DNA of 64,000 nucleotides from Convolutriloba macropyga. Lineage: Eukaryota. The stretch covers positions 24,800,001 through 24,864,000 of the forward strand of contig NC_134471.1 in assembly GCF_964194025.1 (NCBI RefSeq), read 5' to 3'. The position numbers and the translations under genes are program-made. Below, piece after piece: positions 26,701 through 37,560 of this stretch (positions are counted from its first letter, which is position 1; every line of letters starts with the position of its first letter). The notes below the pieces were generated by a model. It did not search any database. It worked only from the letters and a program-made list of their open reading frames with translations, and was not told the origin of the DNA.

Positions 26701-27992
26701 CGAAAATTGATAGTTATTCGTTGAATTTTCATCGAAATGGTATCTAATGGCCACCGTTAGGTTGATATTAGTGAACTATGACTGATACAGGTCTGTCAAT
26801 GTCGTTGCTGGGGTCAGCGTAACTTTATAACAGTGATTTTGTTAAAGAAATGCCCTATTTCAGATTTTGAATCTTGAAATTCTTGATTTTTGACATTTGC
26901 ATTTTGCATTATCGACTACACAGACCAACATCATCTTCACAACCAATACAGTAAGTTGCAGTACTGTAATTTTCATGCTAGCCGTGTCGTAGGTGTCTCA
27001 AAAAATGTGTTAGTGGTTCAGTTGTAGAATTGAGACCACAGTTGTGTAGCCGTAATTTTGCTTGGTGTAGCAATCTTAGTAACAAATTGCAATCTGTGTG
27101 TTATCTGAAAATTAAATAGAAATACCAGACATTATTGTATAATAGTCTATTCGAAAGGAATCAACCGGGGGTAGCCTCGGTATTGTTGTAGAAAAGTTTG
27201 TTTGGGTGTGTATGTGCTTGGAGTGGTTGCCTCCATATGGGTTTAATGCTGACATTTGTAATCTAAGTTGTTTTTTGTTTTTAGCCCGACCACCATGAGG
27301 TAAATTTCTCCGCTTTATTTTGTTCAAAATGACTGCTTAGGGTAGCTTAGACAGTCACTGCCACTATAACTGCGCAAAAAAGAAAAATTTTGTCAGAATC
27401 CTCTAAAATTTTTGTCATTTTTTTCAGCTGTTCTTTATCAACGCCAAATTTTGGACTGTGTTTTCAAATGCGGGGCCCTGCCGTTCTGTACGCTTGGGAT
27501 GTTTCTTGTTGAGTCATTATTGTAAGGCAAAATTACTTTTTGAACTTGCTCTGACATCAGTTCTCAAAATATTTTTGTAGGATAGCTATTACGAATTTTT
27601 TTTTTGCAATTGTTTTTTGGCCCAACCTTTTGCGTGACTGATGTCTTCTATACTGATCTCCCTAACAGCTAACAGGAACGAGCTCTTTCTCCTAATTTCC
27701 AAACAAAATAGGATAAGAATGCATGCGTGAAAGCATACAGTTTCTACAAGTCAGTTAAATTCTCCGAAAGTTTTTTTTTTAATTCTGCTGCTAATCCAAA
27801 TCATTGCAGTTAATCTTTCTCATCGTTATCCCATATCTAAGGGCTGCGCCAGAACTGTATAGGCTCCTATCTGCCAAGTCGATTTTTTCCGGGGCACACC
27901 TGTTTTCACTTCCCGAAATATTTACTTTTTAAATACTTTTTTTCTGTTTACTTATTCAGGTATTGCTCTAGGCGTTTTTGTTTAGTAAAAAA

Positions 27993-29383
27993 ATGAGCCT
28001 CCAGCGGTCAAACAAACCCAGTACCTCAAAAGGCAATAGCAACAAGGTCCCCTTGCGTGCAAAGTCTTCGAGAAACAAAGAGAGTGATATTGCTTTTCCA
28101 CCCGATCACCGCTTTCTTGTCTATTTCGAATGTGATGGAAAGTTCGATATCGTAAAGCCAAATCATACCAGTTGGCCAAAACATATGAGCAGCTCAGTTA
28201 AGTTGTCGATGAGATACGAGGACGTGCCTTTCAAATCGGATAAGAATCCAAAAATTTTTGTGAACGGTCTTGTCGTAACGAATGGTCCCGAAGAGATTCT
28301 GACCCGCGTTGGAAACAAAATGAATGTTTTGCTATCGGAAGGTGTAGAACCTAGGGACATGAATGTTACTCAGGTGTTTCAACAGGCATACGATGATATT
28401 GAAATTGAAAAGAAGACATCAAGTCAGGTCAGAAATGATGAAGTTATCGAGGAACCATTTGAAAGTTGTGATAGCGATGATTCGACTGATGACGCTGACG
28501 AGCCAGACCTGCCTGACCTAGAAGTTCAAAAGGACAAAAGTGTTAAGAACATTGGCACTGTGCAGAGTGTAACTGCAGAACAAGTGGTAAATATGATAAG
28601 ATGTTTTGATAGACGAAGGAAAAGTTAAAGCTAGACTTCTAATTCTTTTTTCATTTATTTCATTTTTTTTTTAAATTTTGGGCTGCTAACCTTAATAATC
28701 AATTCTGCTAGGAGTTTATTCTCAAAATTGGAACTTGATGCCTTTAATTAGATCCAACAGCAAAAAGTAGGCAAAAGCTTGATTATAACTCAGAACAAAA
28801 GTTAGGGTAAGAGTAAAGGGCGCAAAAATGGTTGGTAGCAACCAGATTGAATAATTGTTTTTAGGGCGATTTAGTGAAACGATTCGATCGAGTTATTAGC
28901 AGACTAGAGTCCCGAATGGACAGAAGTGACCGTCTCTTAGATGATCTGACAAAATTTTCGAGGCGAGCTTTGGACGAGATATATCGGATCTCCGAAACTC
29001 CCGTTGCGCTTTCACGGAACATGGTTGAGAAAGATAATGGAACGGAAGAGGAGCCCAACCAGCCAGAATTGGTGTTCAACGGTCTGAATCTTTACAATCA
29101 AGGTGGCGTTTCTTTTGTCGAAAAGGCTTTCAACATTGTTAAGGTTTTGTGGAATGACGATGAGCGACGAACACTCTGTATTGACCCCAAAAAGGTTTTA
29201 GATCCCAAGAACGGTCGTGTTGCTTCTGACCAGGAGAGGACTGAGCTCTACCAAAGAGCCATCCAGTTTGTTTTCGGAGACCAGTATACTAATAAACTAT
29301 ATCGCGATACACTAAAATTGGTTAATCAGCGACTACGTGAAAAAAGAGCGTCAGGTGTTCTCGGTTCTGATAGCCAGAAGTAG
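27993..29383 (+). CDS. Transposon accessory protein with C-terminal BEN-like domain (exons ~27993-28586 and 28865-29383)
   Basis: The two ORFs join in phase 0 via GTG|gtaaat ... ttgtttttag|GGC. N-terminal FLVYFECDGKFDIV, acidic linker, coiled-coil-like segment, then GLNLY...KAFNIVKVLWNDDERR...DQERTELYQRAIQFVF...LKLVNQRLRE, matching the BEN pattern 'L...LF..eE......d..r...i..a.....v...N...R'. Confidence 0.7.
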
Positions 29384-29742
29384 TTCTGGTTGGAGGGAAC
29401 TATTCTTTGATGTGGAAAATTTTTTCAAGCTGCATTACTTTTTGTAATATTCTCGCTCTTTGTGTATATATAGGATGCTTCTGGTTGATGAAAGTGTAAA
29501 TTTGTTGAAAAAATACGAAGTTAGGTTTGATTGACTCCTATGAATATTGCTTTTGATTATGAAATGTTACAAAGTTGTCCTAAAGTTTTGCGGTTGTTGA
29601 ATTTTTGTTTCCTTTCCAAAGTTAAATTCAGCCTTCCTGATAAGTCCCTCCGAGTCTTTATTGTTCCTATTTGGCTTAAATGACTTAATTTTTATTTGGA
29701 AATTTCTTGTTGCTAAGCTAAGCATTTTTTCAGTTAATTGAA

Positions 29743-30389
29743 ATGAGCTACCACTTTAAAGATTTGAGAAGTGTTCTAAGTGGTATAGAAACTATTGAAG
29801 GTTCCTTGCGTCGAAGCAATGCCCTGGAAGTTGAAGCACGTAACCGAATGCTCGAAGTCTGGAAGGGACTGAAAGAATTCGTAAGTATTGCACAAGTTTT
29901 GATATACTGGCTTTTCTACAATTTTATTTGGTTGGTAGCAACCAACATTTTTTTTAAGTCTTGACTTTTGAATAGAACGATAGAGGCGTGAGAGCTCAGA
30001 GGGCTGCAGTTGATCAGAAACTGGTCTATAAAGGAGTCGATTTGTTGAGTTATGATGGCTGTCGTCATGACTATGCTGCAGTTGGAAGGTTTCTTGCACG
30101 CTCAATTCATTCAAAAGAGGAACGTTTGGAGTTTTGTTGGTTCGTCCAGAGAAACAACTTGAAGCACTGTGCAAGAAAATTAGCATCAGCTGACGATGAG
30201 AAATTTTTCAAAGGTTTTTTTGCAGCTTTTTTAGGAGCTTTTATTCTTTCTTAACTGTTTTTTTTTGTTTCAGAAGCTGTCAAGCTAATCTGCGGAGACA
30301 GTCTCTACGCTCTTCGACGAGCAAAAGACGCAGCAAATTCTCTAGGGCGTCATGAAAAGGCTGAAATTAATAAACAAAATCTTTGTTGA
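29743..30389 (+). CDS. Second BEN-like protein, 3 exons (29743-29880, 29976-30213, 30274-30389)
   Basis: GT-AG introns (gtaagt at 29881...aatag 29975; gttttt at 30214...tttcag 30273) give a continuous frame: ...GVDLLSYDG...GRFLARSIHSKEERL...DDEKFFKEAVKLICGDSLYALRRAKDAANSLGRHE...C*, a BEN-like helical pattern. Confidence 0.68.
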
Positions 30390-30491
30390 ATTGTTTTTAG
30401 TAAAATTTTTGGTTTTCCATGCACTCTAAACTGTCTTCGCTTTTGCATTTTGGGTTGCGGTCTACTAATATAGGTCTTGTTTCCAGATGAA

Positions 30492-33430
30492 ATGTCTATT
30501 CTCGATTTCAAAAAGTATAAGTTATACCTTCCAGTAGCTCAGCAACTAGTCAAACTGCCTATTACCTGGAGTGAGCTAGCTTTCATAGATGCTAAATTAA
30601 CAAAGAAATGGGTGAACTTTGGTGAAATTGAGGCTCACAACGTTTGTTTGACTCTCGACTACATGCCAGACTACCTTAAAGATGTTGAGGCTTTCCTGGA
30701 TTCAGAGTATGGCAAAAGTCTGAAGTTGATCAGGTACAGTTGTGTTGACTACTTAAAAGATGTAAGTTTCTCTCAATTAGGCGTGTTTGCGAAATGCGAT
30801 ATAAACTCTAAATTGGAGATTCCAGGCTTGATAGGGTATCTTGTTGATATAAAAGAGGATGAAATAATTCCAGGTTTTAATGATTTTTCAGTAATTGAAA
30901 GTTCAAGAGTGGGCGTTCAATGGTTAATGCTTGGTCCTATTTCATTCGTAAATGCATCATGCCGTCCTAATGTAGCTTACGTAAATGTGAAAAATTTGAT
31001 GGTTTGTGTACCATTGCGCGAAATAAAAGCAGGCGAAGAGCTTACCATATCCTACCAAAATCATTTTTTTGGGCCGAACAACGAGTTTTGTCTATGTCCC
31101 TACAAAAGTTTACATGGAAACCCTTTTCCGGAATTAGCTGTAAAGCGCAGAAAAGTTACTAAAAAGAATAAAGGAATTGATTTGGCACCAAATCCGTTAA
31201 ATCGTTTTTCTCGGCAAGGTTTTCCTTCTCGCCTAAGAATGTTTTTTCCCGAGAATAGAATATGCGAAAATCTGAATTTAATAACTTATGAGTCATTTTT
31301 TGCTTTGTCTGACGACAGTAGAGATTTGGAACGGTCGACTTTAACTCCAGTTGAGGAAACTTTTCAAAACCTAACTGAATCGGATGATGCATCAACAGAT
31401 GATATAGACTCGCCCTCGTCTCCGAACCAAAATCAAGTGGAAGCTTTCCGTTGTTCATCGCCTGTTAACCTCCAAAATTTTGAAGAGGGAAATTTTTGTG
31501 ATAAAAATGATGAAAATCTACCCGCCCCCATTTCCTTGGATTTTAACTTATACGAAGGAGCCAACGTCACGCACGATGAGTTCATTCAAAAGTTTTCTAG
31601 CCTTTCAAATAAGCATAAGCTCTCGGATGTTGTAAAAAGTGATTTTCTGAAGTTTTTTGCAAGCGTTTTGCCCTACCCCAATAAGATCTTTGCTGATATT
31701 CCCGCCACAAACCTTCCGTTGGTAACAAGTACATCTTTTGGTTCGTCAAAGTTGCTTATGATTGATCTCATTCCGCAACTTAATCGTATTGTCAAGAAAA
31801 ATATTTCTTATATTCAGCAGTCCTGGTCGAATCTGTGTAATTGGGAAACCCCTACTGACGCATTTTGCAAGTCTGAACTGCAGCTGGTTTTCAATACAGA
31901 TGGAGCTCCAATTTTCAAGTCAAGTAAACTTTCTGTGTGGCCTACTTGGGTTCAGATTTTTAATTTGCCCCCTGTTTTAAGATCTTCTTACTCAAATATC
32001 TGTCTTTTGGCGCTTTGGTATGGCGAGTCGAAGCCCGACTTTGATGACATGCTACAAAGAGTATGTCTTGAGTTAGAAAGTTTTTCGAATGGTGTGTTAT
32101 TTGAGTCCATTGGTCGTGTTTTTTTAAGATATCGGAGTATTGTTTGTGACGCACCAGCAAGAGCGTACGTTTTATGCATGAAGCAACATATGGGATATGA
32201 TAGTTGTGCTCACTGTTTCATAAAAGTTTTCATAAAAATAATAGATTGCTTTTCAAAGTGTCTAAGCCCTTCATTCTTCGAGAAAAAAACAAGTTTCAAG
32301 CTTGTGGCGAGCTTGCTGACAAAAGACGAATTGCTGTCAACGGTGTAAAATCGATCACTCCACTGAGTAAGTTTTTTAATTTACCATGGGATTGTGTTAT
32401 AGATCCTATGCATCAAGTTTGTTTAGGTACTGCAAAAATTTTATCTAAGTTTCTGATTTCCCTAGCGAAGGGAGGTACTCTAAAAGAGCTGGAAAATCTT
32501 GTCTCTAATTGTAAAATTCCTTTTGATATATTGCACCGCACGAAAAAGTTGAAAGATCTTACATTTTGGAAGGCATTCGACTTTAAGCTGTTCTTTTTCC
32601 ATATTGGCCCCTTAGTGTTTGATAATTTAAACGTCTCAAACATTTATTTTGAGAGCTTTTGCAAGTTAAGTTTTGCAATTAGGCTGTTGTCTGATGGAAG
32701 TTTTGATGTTGAATATCTTCAGCCTGCCGATGCTTTGATTAATTCGTTCTTTGAAAATTTCCTTGATTTGTATGGACTCGAATCCCAATCCTTCAATTTT
32801 CACACAATGCGTCACTTAGTTGAGCAGGTCCGCCGAAATGGTCCCCTTTGGCTTTTTTTCGCTTTTTGTTTTGAATCAGCAAACCATCAATTACTATCTG
32901 CCCTCTCCGGAACAATAAAGAACCCAGAAAAAATGGTCGATCGGTTTTTAAAGCACCAAAATTCTCTAGATGAGTTAGATATAACTAGTGTAAAAGTTTC
33001 ATGCATCGAAAGTTTTACGAAATTAGCTGGCGAAATAAAAATTTACTGTGAAGAAAAAAATGCTACAAAAACTTTTGCTCGGTACGTGAATGATATTGGA
33101 AAAAAATTTTGTTCGCTCTCTTATACTAGACTAAACGACAATGTTAGTGAAAGTGTTGTTCAATTGAAAGACAAAAAATTTGTTCAGATTCAGTGTTTTG
33201 CGAAAATTGAAGACGATATATATGCGGTCGTAAGGTACTATACAAATATTTCAAAACTCAATATTCTCCCGGAAAGTGTAACCACTTTTTGTGAATTTTG
33301 CTACGAAGTAAAAAACTTGGGACCCCTAGAGTTGTGCTCTGTTGCTAACTTATGCTATAAAGTGGTTGCTCTTCCCGTTTGTGAGGGTTTAAAAATCAGC
33401 GTGATGAAGGAGGGATTCGAACATAATTAG
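30492..33430 (+). CDS. Suv4-20-like SET domain fused to an EnSpm/CACTA-type DDE transposase; single 1-nt frameshift at ~32226
   Basis: SET (~30777-31120): LGVFAK...GFNDFSVIESSR...WLMLGPISFVNASCRPN...LREIKAGEELTISYQNHFFGPNNEFCLC, colinear with SUV420H as recalled ('GENDFSVMYSTRK...LWLGPAAFINHDCRPN...[28 protein letters not shown]'). Transposase: FNTDGAPIFKSS..SVWP, CDAPARA...GYDSCAHC, then in the second frame DPMHQVCLG, WKAFDFK, FNFHTMRHL...GPLW..FAFCFESAN. Adding one base at 32226 (ATA AAA G[G]T TTT CAT) joins the two ORFs. Confidence 0.9.
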
Positions 33431-33813
33431 CTTAAAATCAAAATGCTTTTTTTCGATCTATTGATTGTAGAATCAATAGCATTCAAGTTTTAAGTAATCT
33501 TTTTGTCGGATTTTTTGGCGTTCTTTTATTTGTTTTCTCGCTAATCTTATATATCAAAGAACTCAAGATACTGCATAGACTGTTTAGGGGCTCCTACCAG
33601 GCGAACTCAACAATGGCGTGTTAAATAGTAAGTGATCTTATCAAACAAAATTTTTCCATCGAATTTTGGAACAGTTTTCTTTTTGGCAGCTTCTAAGCAA
33701 TTGAAAAGTTCTTTGAAATTTTGAATATTATTGGCAAGTGACTGTCTAAGCTATTTTTTTCTGTTTATCTGTAATGTTTGTTGTTGTCTTTTGTTATATA
33801 AAATTTTGTTTAG

Positions 33814-34318
33814 TTCAATACTGGTCATCGGAGATTCAAATACCAGACATTTGAAACAAGACATGTATTACGACTCTTTGCTATCGAAGTTCCAAATCGA
33901 CGTTCTGGCAATGAGCGGCATGAGATCCCACGAGCTTGGCCCTTGCGTTAGCCTAGCCGCAAGGCAATATGATACAGTTGTGGTTGCTGTTGGAAACAAT
34001 GATTTAGCTGATTTCTTTAACATCCCTGCCAAACCCCCCAAAGAAGTTGCGCTCAATCTTGCTAGTTTTGCGAACTGTACCGCGCGGGACGGCACGCAAG
34101 TTTTCGTTATAGGAGTGTGGAAACGCAGAGGTATGTGCCCTGTTGCCGTAGAGACCGTTAATACTATGTTGCATGATATTCTGGGAAAAAATTACGTTGC
34201 TCCAAAACTAAAACCCAAGCATTTCAAACTAAGTGACCCGTGCCACCTCACTAATGACGGAAAACTGGACTTTCTTGCTTTGTTGAATCGGCTTATTTGT
34301 ACTAGAGTCTTTAAATAA
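33814..34318 (+). CDS. SGNH/GDSL-family hydrolase (esterase-like) domain; 5' exon(s) uncertain
   Basis: All four SGNH blocks present: ILVIGDSN (I), MSG (II), VVVAVGNNDL (III), DPCHL (V, DxxH). A ttttgtttag acceptor ends at 33813. Confidence 0.8.
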
Positions 34319-34854
34319 GTGCCTCTGTGTCAATGAGTTCCTGGTTGAGTTAATTTATTTTTAGCTCCCTGTATTTCTTTTTTCCGATGCAAGACTAATT
34401 GTAGAATTAGTCTCTTCCTTAAGGTTTATTGTTTTCGTTAAGGTTAATTGTAGAATTGGCCTTTTTCATTTTTATAAACTTGATTTTTGTGCCTCTAATC
34501 TATTGGTGATAAGTTGCTAATCTGCGAAGTGATACTGTTTGATTTAACTGTCTCCTGCCTTCGAATTTTTATTGAAGAGTTTGTTTTGATTCTTTGATTG
34601 AAAATGATTTTTAAATTCTCTTTTCTTTGTAACTTGCATAAATTCCAGATTTGTGTGTTGTTAAAATATAGCTGTTTGTCCATGTATGACGCGCTGAGAT
34701 GAAAATACTTGATCTTTAGCCTCGATTTAGTTTGATGTAGTGGTTGATCAGATATGCTGTGATAAATCCATTGGCATGTTTGCGAGCTTTTTTTTTCCTA
34801 TTTCATTCGCATGAATCTCTGGTTTAATTTGCTAAATCATAAATTTTTTCTACT

Positions 34855-35930
34855 GTCTATGACGCGCTGTGATGAGTTTATTAGAGCAGCTTTTAGCTCT
34901 ATTTGTATCTGCCCTGTTTCGAATTTATAACGCCATTTAATTGCTGGTTGCTTTTTTACAATCTCTTTGTCTCTGGTCTTGATTTTGCTGTTAATTTTGT
35001 GGTCTTTGTTGAGTTTTTGTGTTTGCTGCTTTTCAAATTGGGCAGTGGTGATTTTTAACTGCTCATTTGAAAGCGTCCTCTTAGTCCTTGAGTCCACTGA
35101 TTCTGTTTTGTGTTGGTATAGTGGTTCTTTGCTTTTGTTTTCGATGGCCTCATATTTTTCGTTATATCGTTATGTTTGTCAGTGTTCTTTTTTATTGTTG
35201 TAATTTTTAATTCAAGTCTTTTGTGCCTTTTGTTATTTGTTTGTTGATTTTGATTGTTCATGACGCGCTGTGATGAGTTTCTTGGAGCTGATTTTTGCTT
35301 CCTAAGATTAACCTGGGCCTGCACTGCATTTAGAGGCATTTATTTGGTTATTGCATTTTTAGAATCTAGTTGTCTCTGGTCTGTTGTCTGTCTTGTGAAG
35401 ATTCGATTTTGCTATTTATATATTGTGTTCTTTGATTTTGTTGACTTCCTGCTTTCAAAATTGGGCAGTGATGATTTTAACTGCTCATTTGAAAGCGTCT
35501 TCTTGGTCCTTGAGTCCATTGATTCTGTTTTGCGTTGTTATAGTAGTTCTTTGCTTTTTTTTGTTTGTGGTGGTCATATTCTTTTCGTTATATCGTTATG
35601 TTTGTCAGTGTTCTTTTTTATTGTTGTAATTTTTAATTCAAGTCTTTTGTGCCTTTTGTTATTTGTTTGTTGATTTTGATTGTTCATGACGCGCTGTGAT
35701 GAGTTTCTTGGAGCTGATTTTTGCTTCCTAAGATTAACCTGGGCCTGCACTGCATTTAGAGGCATTTATTTGGTTATTGCATTTTTAGAATCTAGTTGTC
35801 TCTGGTCTGTTTTTTGTCTTGGTGAGATTCGATGTTGCTATTTAGATGTGTTCTTTGTTCATTTTGTTTGTCTCCTGCTTTAGTAATTGGGCAGTGGTGA
35901 TTTTAACTGCTCATTTGAAAGCGTTTTTGT
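34855..35930. repeat. ~400-426-bp tandem duplication (about 2.5 units), each starting ATGACGCGCTGTGATGAG
   Basis: Motif at 34859, 35260, 35686; near-identical minus-strand ORF starts at 35339 and 35765 (offset 426). Confidence 0.85.
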
Positions 35931-36446
35931 TGTCCTGGCGTCCGTTGGTTCGGTTTTGTGTTGTTCTATTGGTTTTTCTTTCGATTCAATTTTGTACTTT
36001 ACTCGTTTCTTGTTTGATTTTACCCGGGTTTTATTTCACAGATAATTTCTGATCGCGTCCCTTCACTTTCATTACATTCGTTTTCTGTGCCTATTTAAAT
36101 TGGTGCTCATTTTGTTGTTCACTCGTTTTGTGCTTTGGTTTGTTTTTTTTCTTGCTTCGATCTTTGGTTCAAATAATTGCTTTTTAATGTCTTGGTTCCT
36201 TTGCTGGTCCGCTGTTTTCTTCGGAGCGGCTCCTGTCTGCTCATGCTCAAAATCCATGTCCCTTTTTGCTTTTGCTCTTGCTTTGGTGTTTGCTTTCATA
36301 TTTTTTCTCATTAACTGATAACTTCTGAGCGCGTCATTTCATTGTTGATGTTTTACCATTGTCTTTATAATGCCTTATATGTTCTTTTTACACGTCTTTT
36401 CACCAGTGATGCCACATTTTTGCTGTTCTCATTTTTCTAGCTTTGT

Positions 36447-36906
36447 GCGCTGTGATGAAAACTGAAAAGTTTTTGAGCGCTCTTTGGTTAATTGTACCAT
36501 TTCATTGGCATTTTCTTTTATGGTCCATTGATTCTATCGTTCATTCTCGCTTTTTGTCACTGACATTTTTTTCTTCTATTTTCCATTCATGTGCAGTGAT
36601 GGGAACACAGTTTTCTGAGCGCTAGCTCGAGTTTCGTTTTTGTCGTTCTTTGCTATTTTCTGGTGTTTCTTCTGTTATCTCATCTTGTGAGCCATTGATA
36701 TGCTGTTTTCACACAAGTTTTCTGAACGATGACAAGAATGAAATGAAATCGGCATTTTGGTTTGTTATTATAGACTTTCTGATGGTTTGCTATCAGTCAT
36801 TTCTCTCCGTCTTTTTTGTTTTGACTTTTTTGTTTCTCACAGGTCACAGGTCTTATTTCTAATTTATTCCAATGATGCGCTATGATGAACAATATTTCCT
36901 GAGCGC
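36447..36906 (+). other. Three short box C/D kink-turn-like hairpins
   Basis: GCGC-TGTGATGA-N14-TTGA-GCGC (36447-36480); GTGC-AGTGATGG-N12-CTGA-GCGC (36591-36622); GCGC-TATGATGA-N10-CTGA-GCGC (36877-36906). Confidence 0.45.
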
Positions 36907-36929
36907 TTACATTGATGAAGTGAAATCAA

Positions 36930-37560
36930 CTTGCACTCTCTCCCTCTGTCACTTCTCTCTCACTCCTTCTCTCCCTCTCTTTCTCATTCCTTGCTTTGTT
37001 CTGTTTCTTTTTTCTTTCGCTTCTCCCTCTCTCTCTCTCTCTCTCTCTCGCTCTTTTGTTTTTGCTTCGCTCGCTTCCATACTCTGTCTGTCTGTTGGTT
37101 GCCTTCTGGGCATTTGTTCCTTTCCTCTCTCTCTCTCTCCCTATCTTGCCTTATGGCAAGGGCTTTTCTTTCTAGGGGTGCCTTCTGGGCAGATTGTTTC
37201 CGCTCGCTCGCGTTCCCGCTCGTTCGTTTCTGTTTCGCTTGCTCTGCGCTTGGTCGTTTTTCGTTCGCTCGATTTCCCGCTCGTTTGTTTGTTTCGCTGG
37301 CCTTGCGCTCGCTTGTTTTTCGTTCGCTCGCTTTCCCGTTTGTTCATGTCTGTTTCGCCCGTCTTGCGCTCGCTCGTTTTTCGTTCGCTCGCTTTCCCGT
37401 TCGTTCGTTCCTGTTTCGCTCGCCCGGTTTTTGTTCGTTCTCTTTCCCGCCCGTTCGTTTCTGTTTCGCTCGCCTTGCGCTCGCTCGTTTTTCGTTCGCT
37501 CGCTTTCCCGCTCGTTCGTTTCTGTTTCGCTCGCTCTGCGCTCGTTCGCTTCTCTGTGCC
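36930..37560. repeat. (CT)n microsatellite and degenerate ~60-bp minisatellite built from TTCGCTCGC/TTCGTTCG
   Basis: Almost A-free plus strand with repeated CGCTCGTTTTTCGTTCGCTCGCTTTCCCG units. Confidence 0.85.

Noticed and set aside
32218-32232. Programmed -1 ribosomal frameshift in the transposase
   Set aside because: No canonical X XXY YYZ heptamer in the correct frame; a single-base loss explains it better.
35260-35290. TGATGAG as a hammerhead ribozyme core, or CACAGCG (minus strand) as an RSS/Transib heptamer
   Set aside because: The sequence is CTGTGATGA, not CTGATGA, with no properly placed GAAA stem; no convincing nonamer at 12/23 spacing.
34837-36320. Hydrophobic (plus) and K/N/Q-rich (minus) ORFs
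   Set aside because: Caused by strong T-skew and the 426-bp duplication; no conserved frame.
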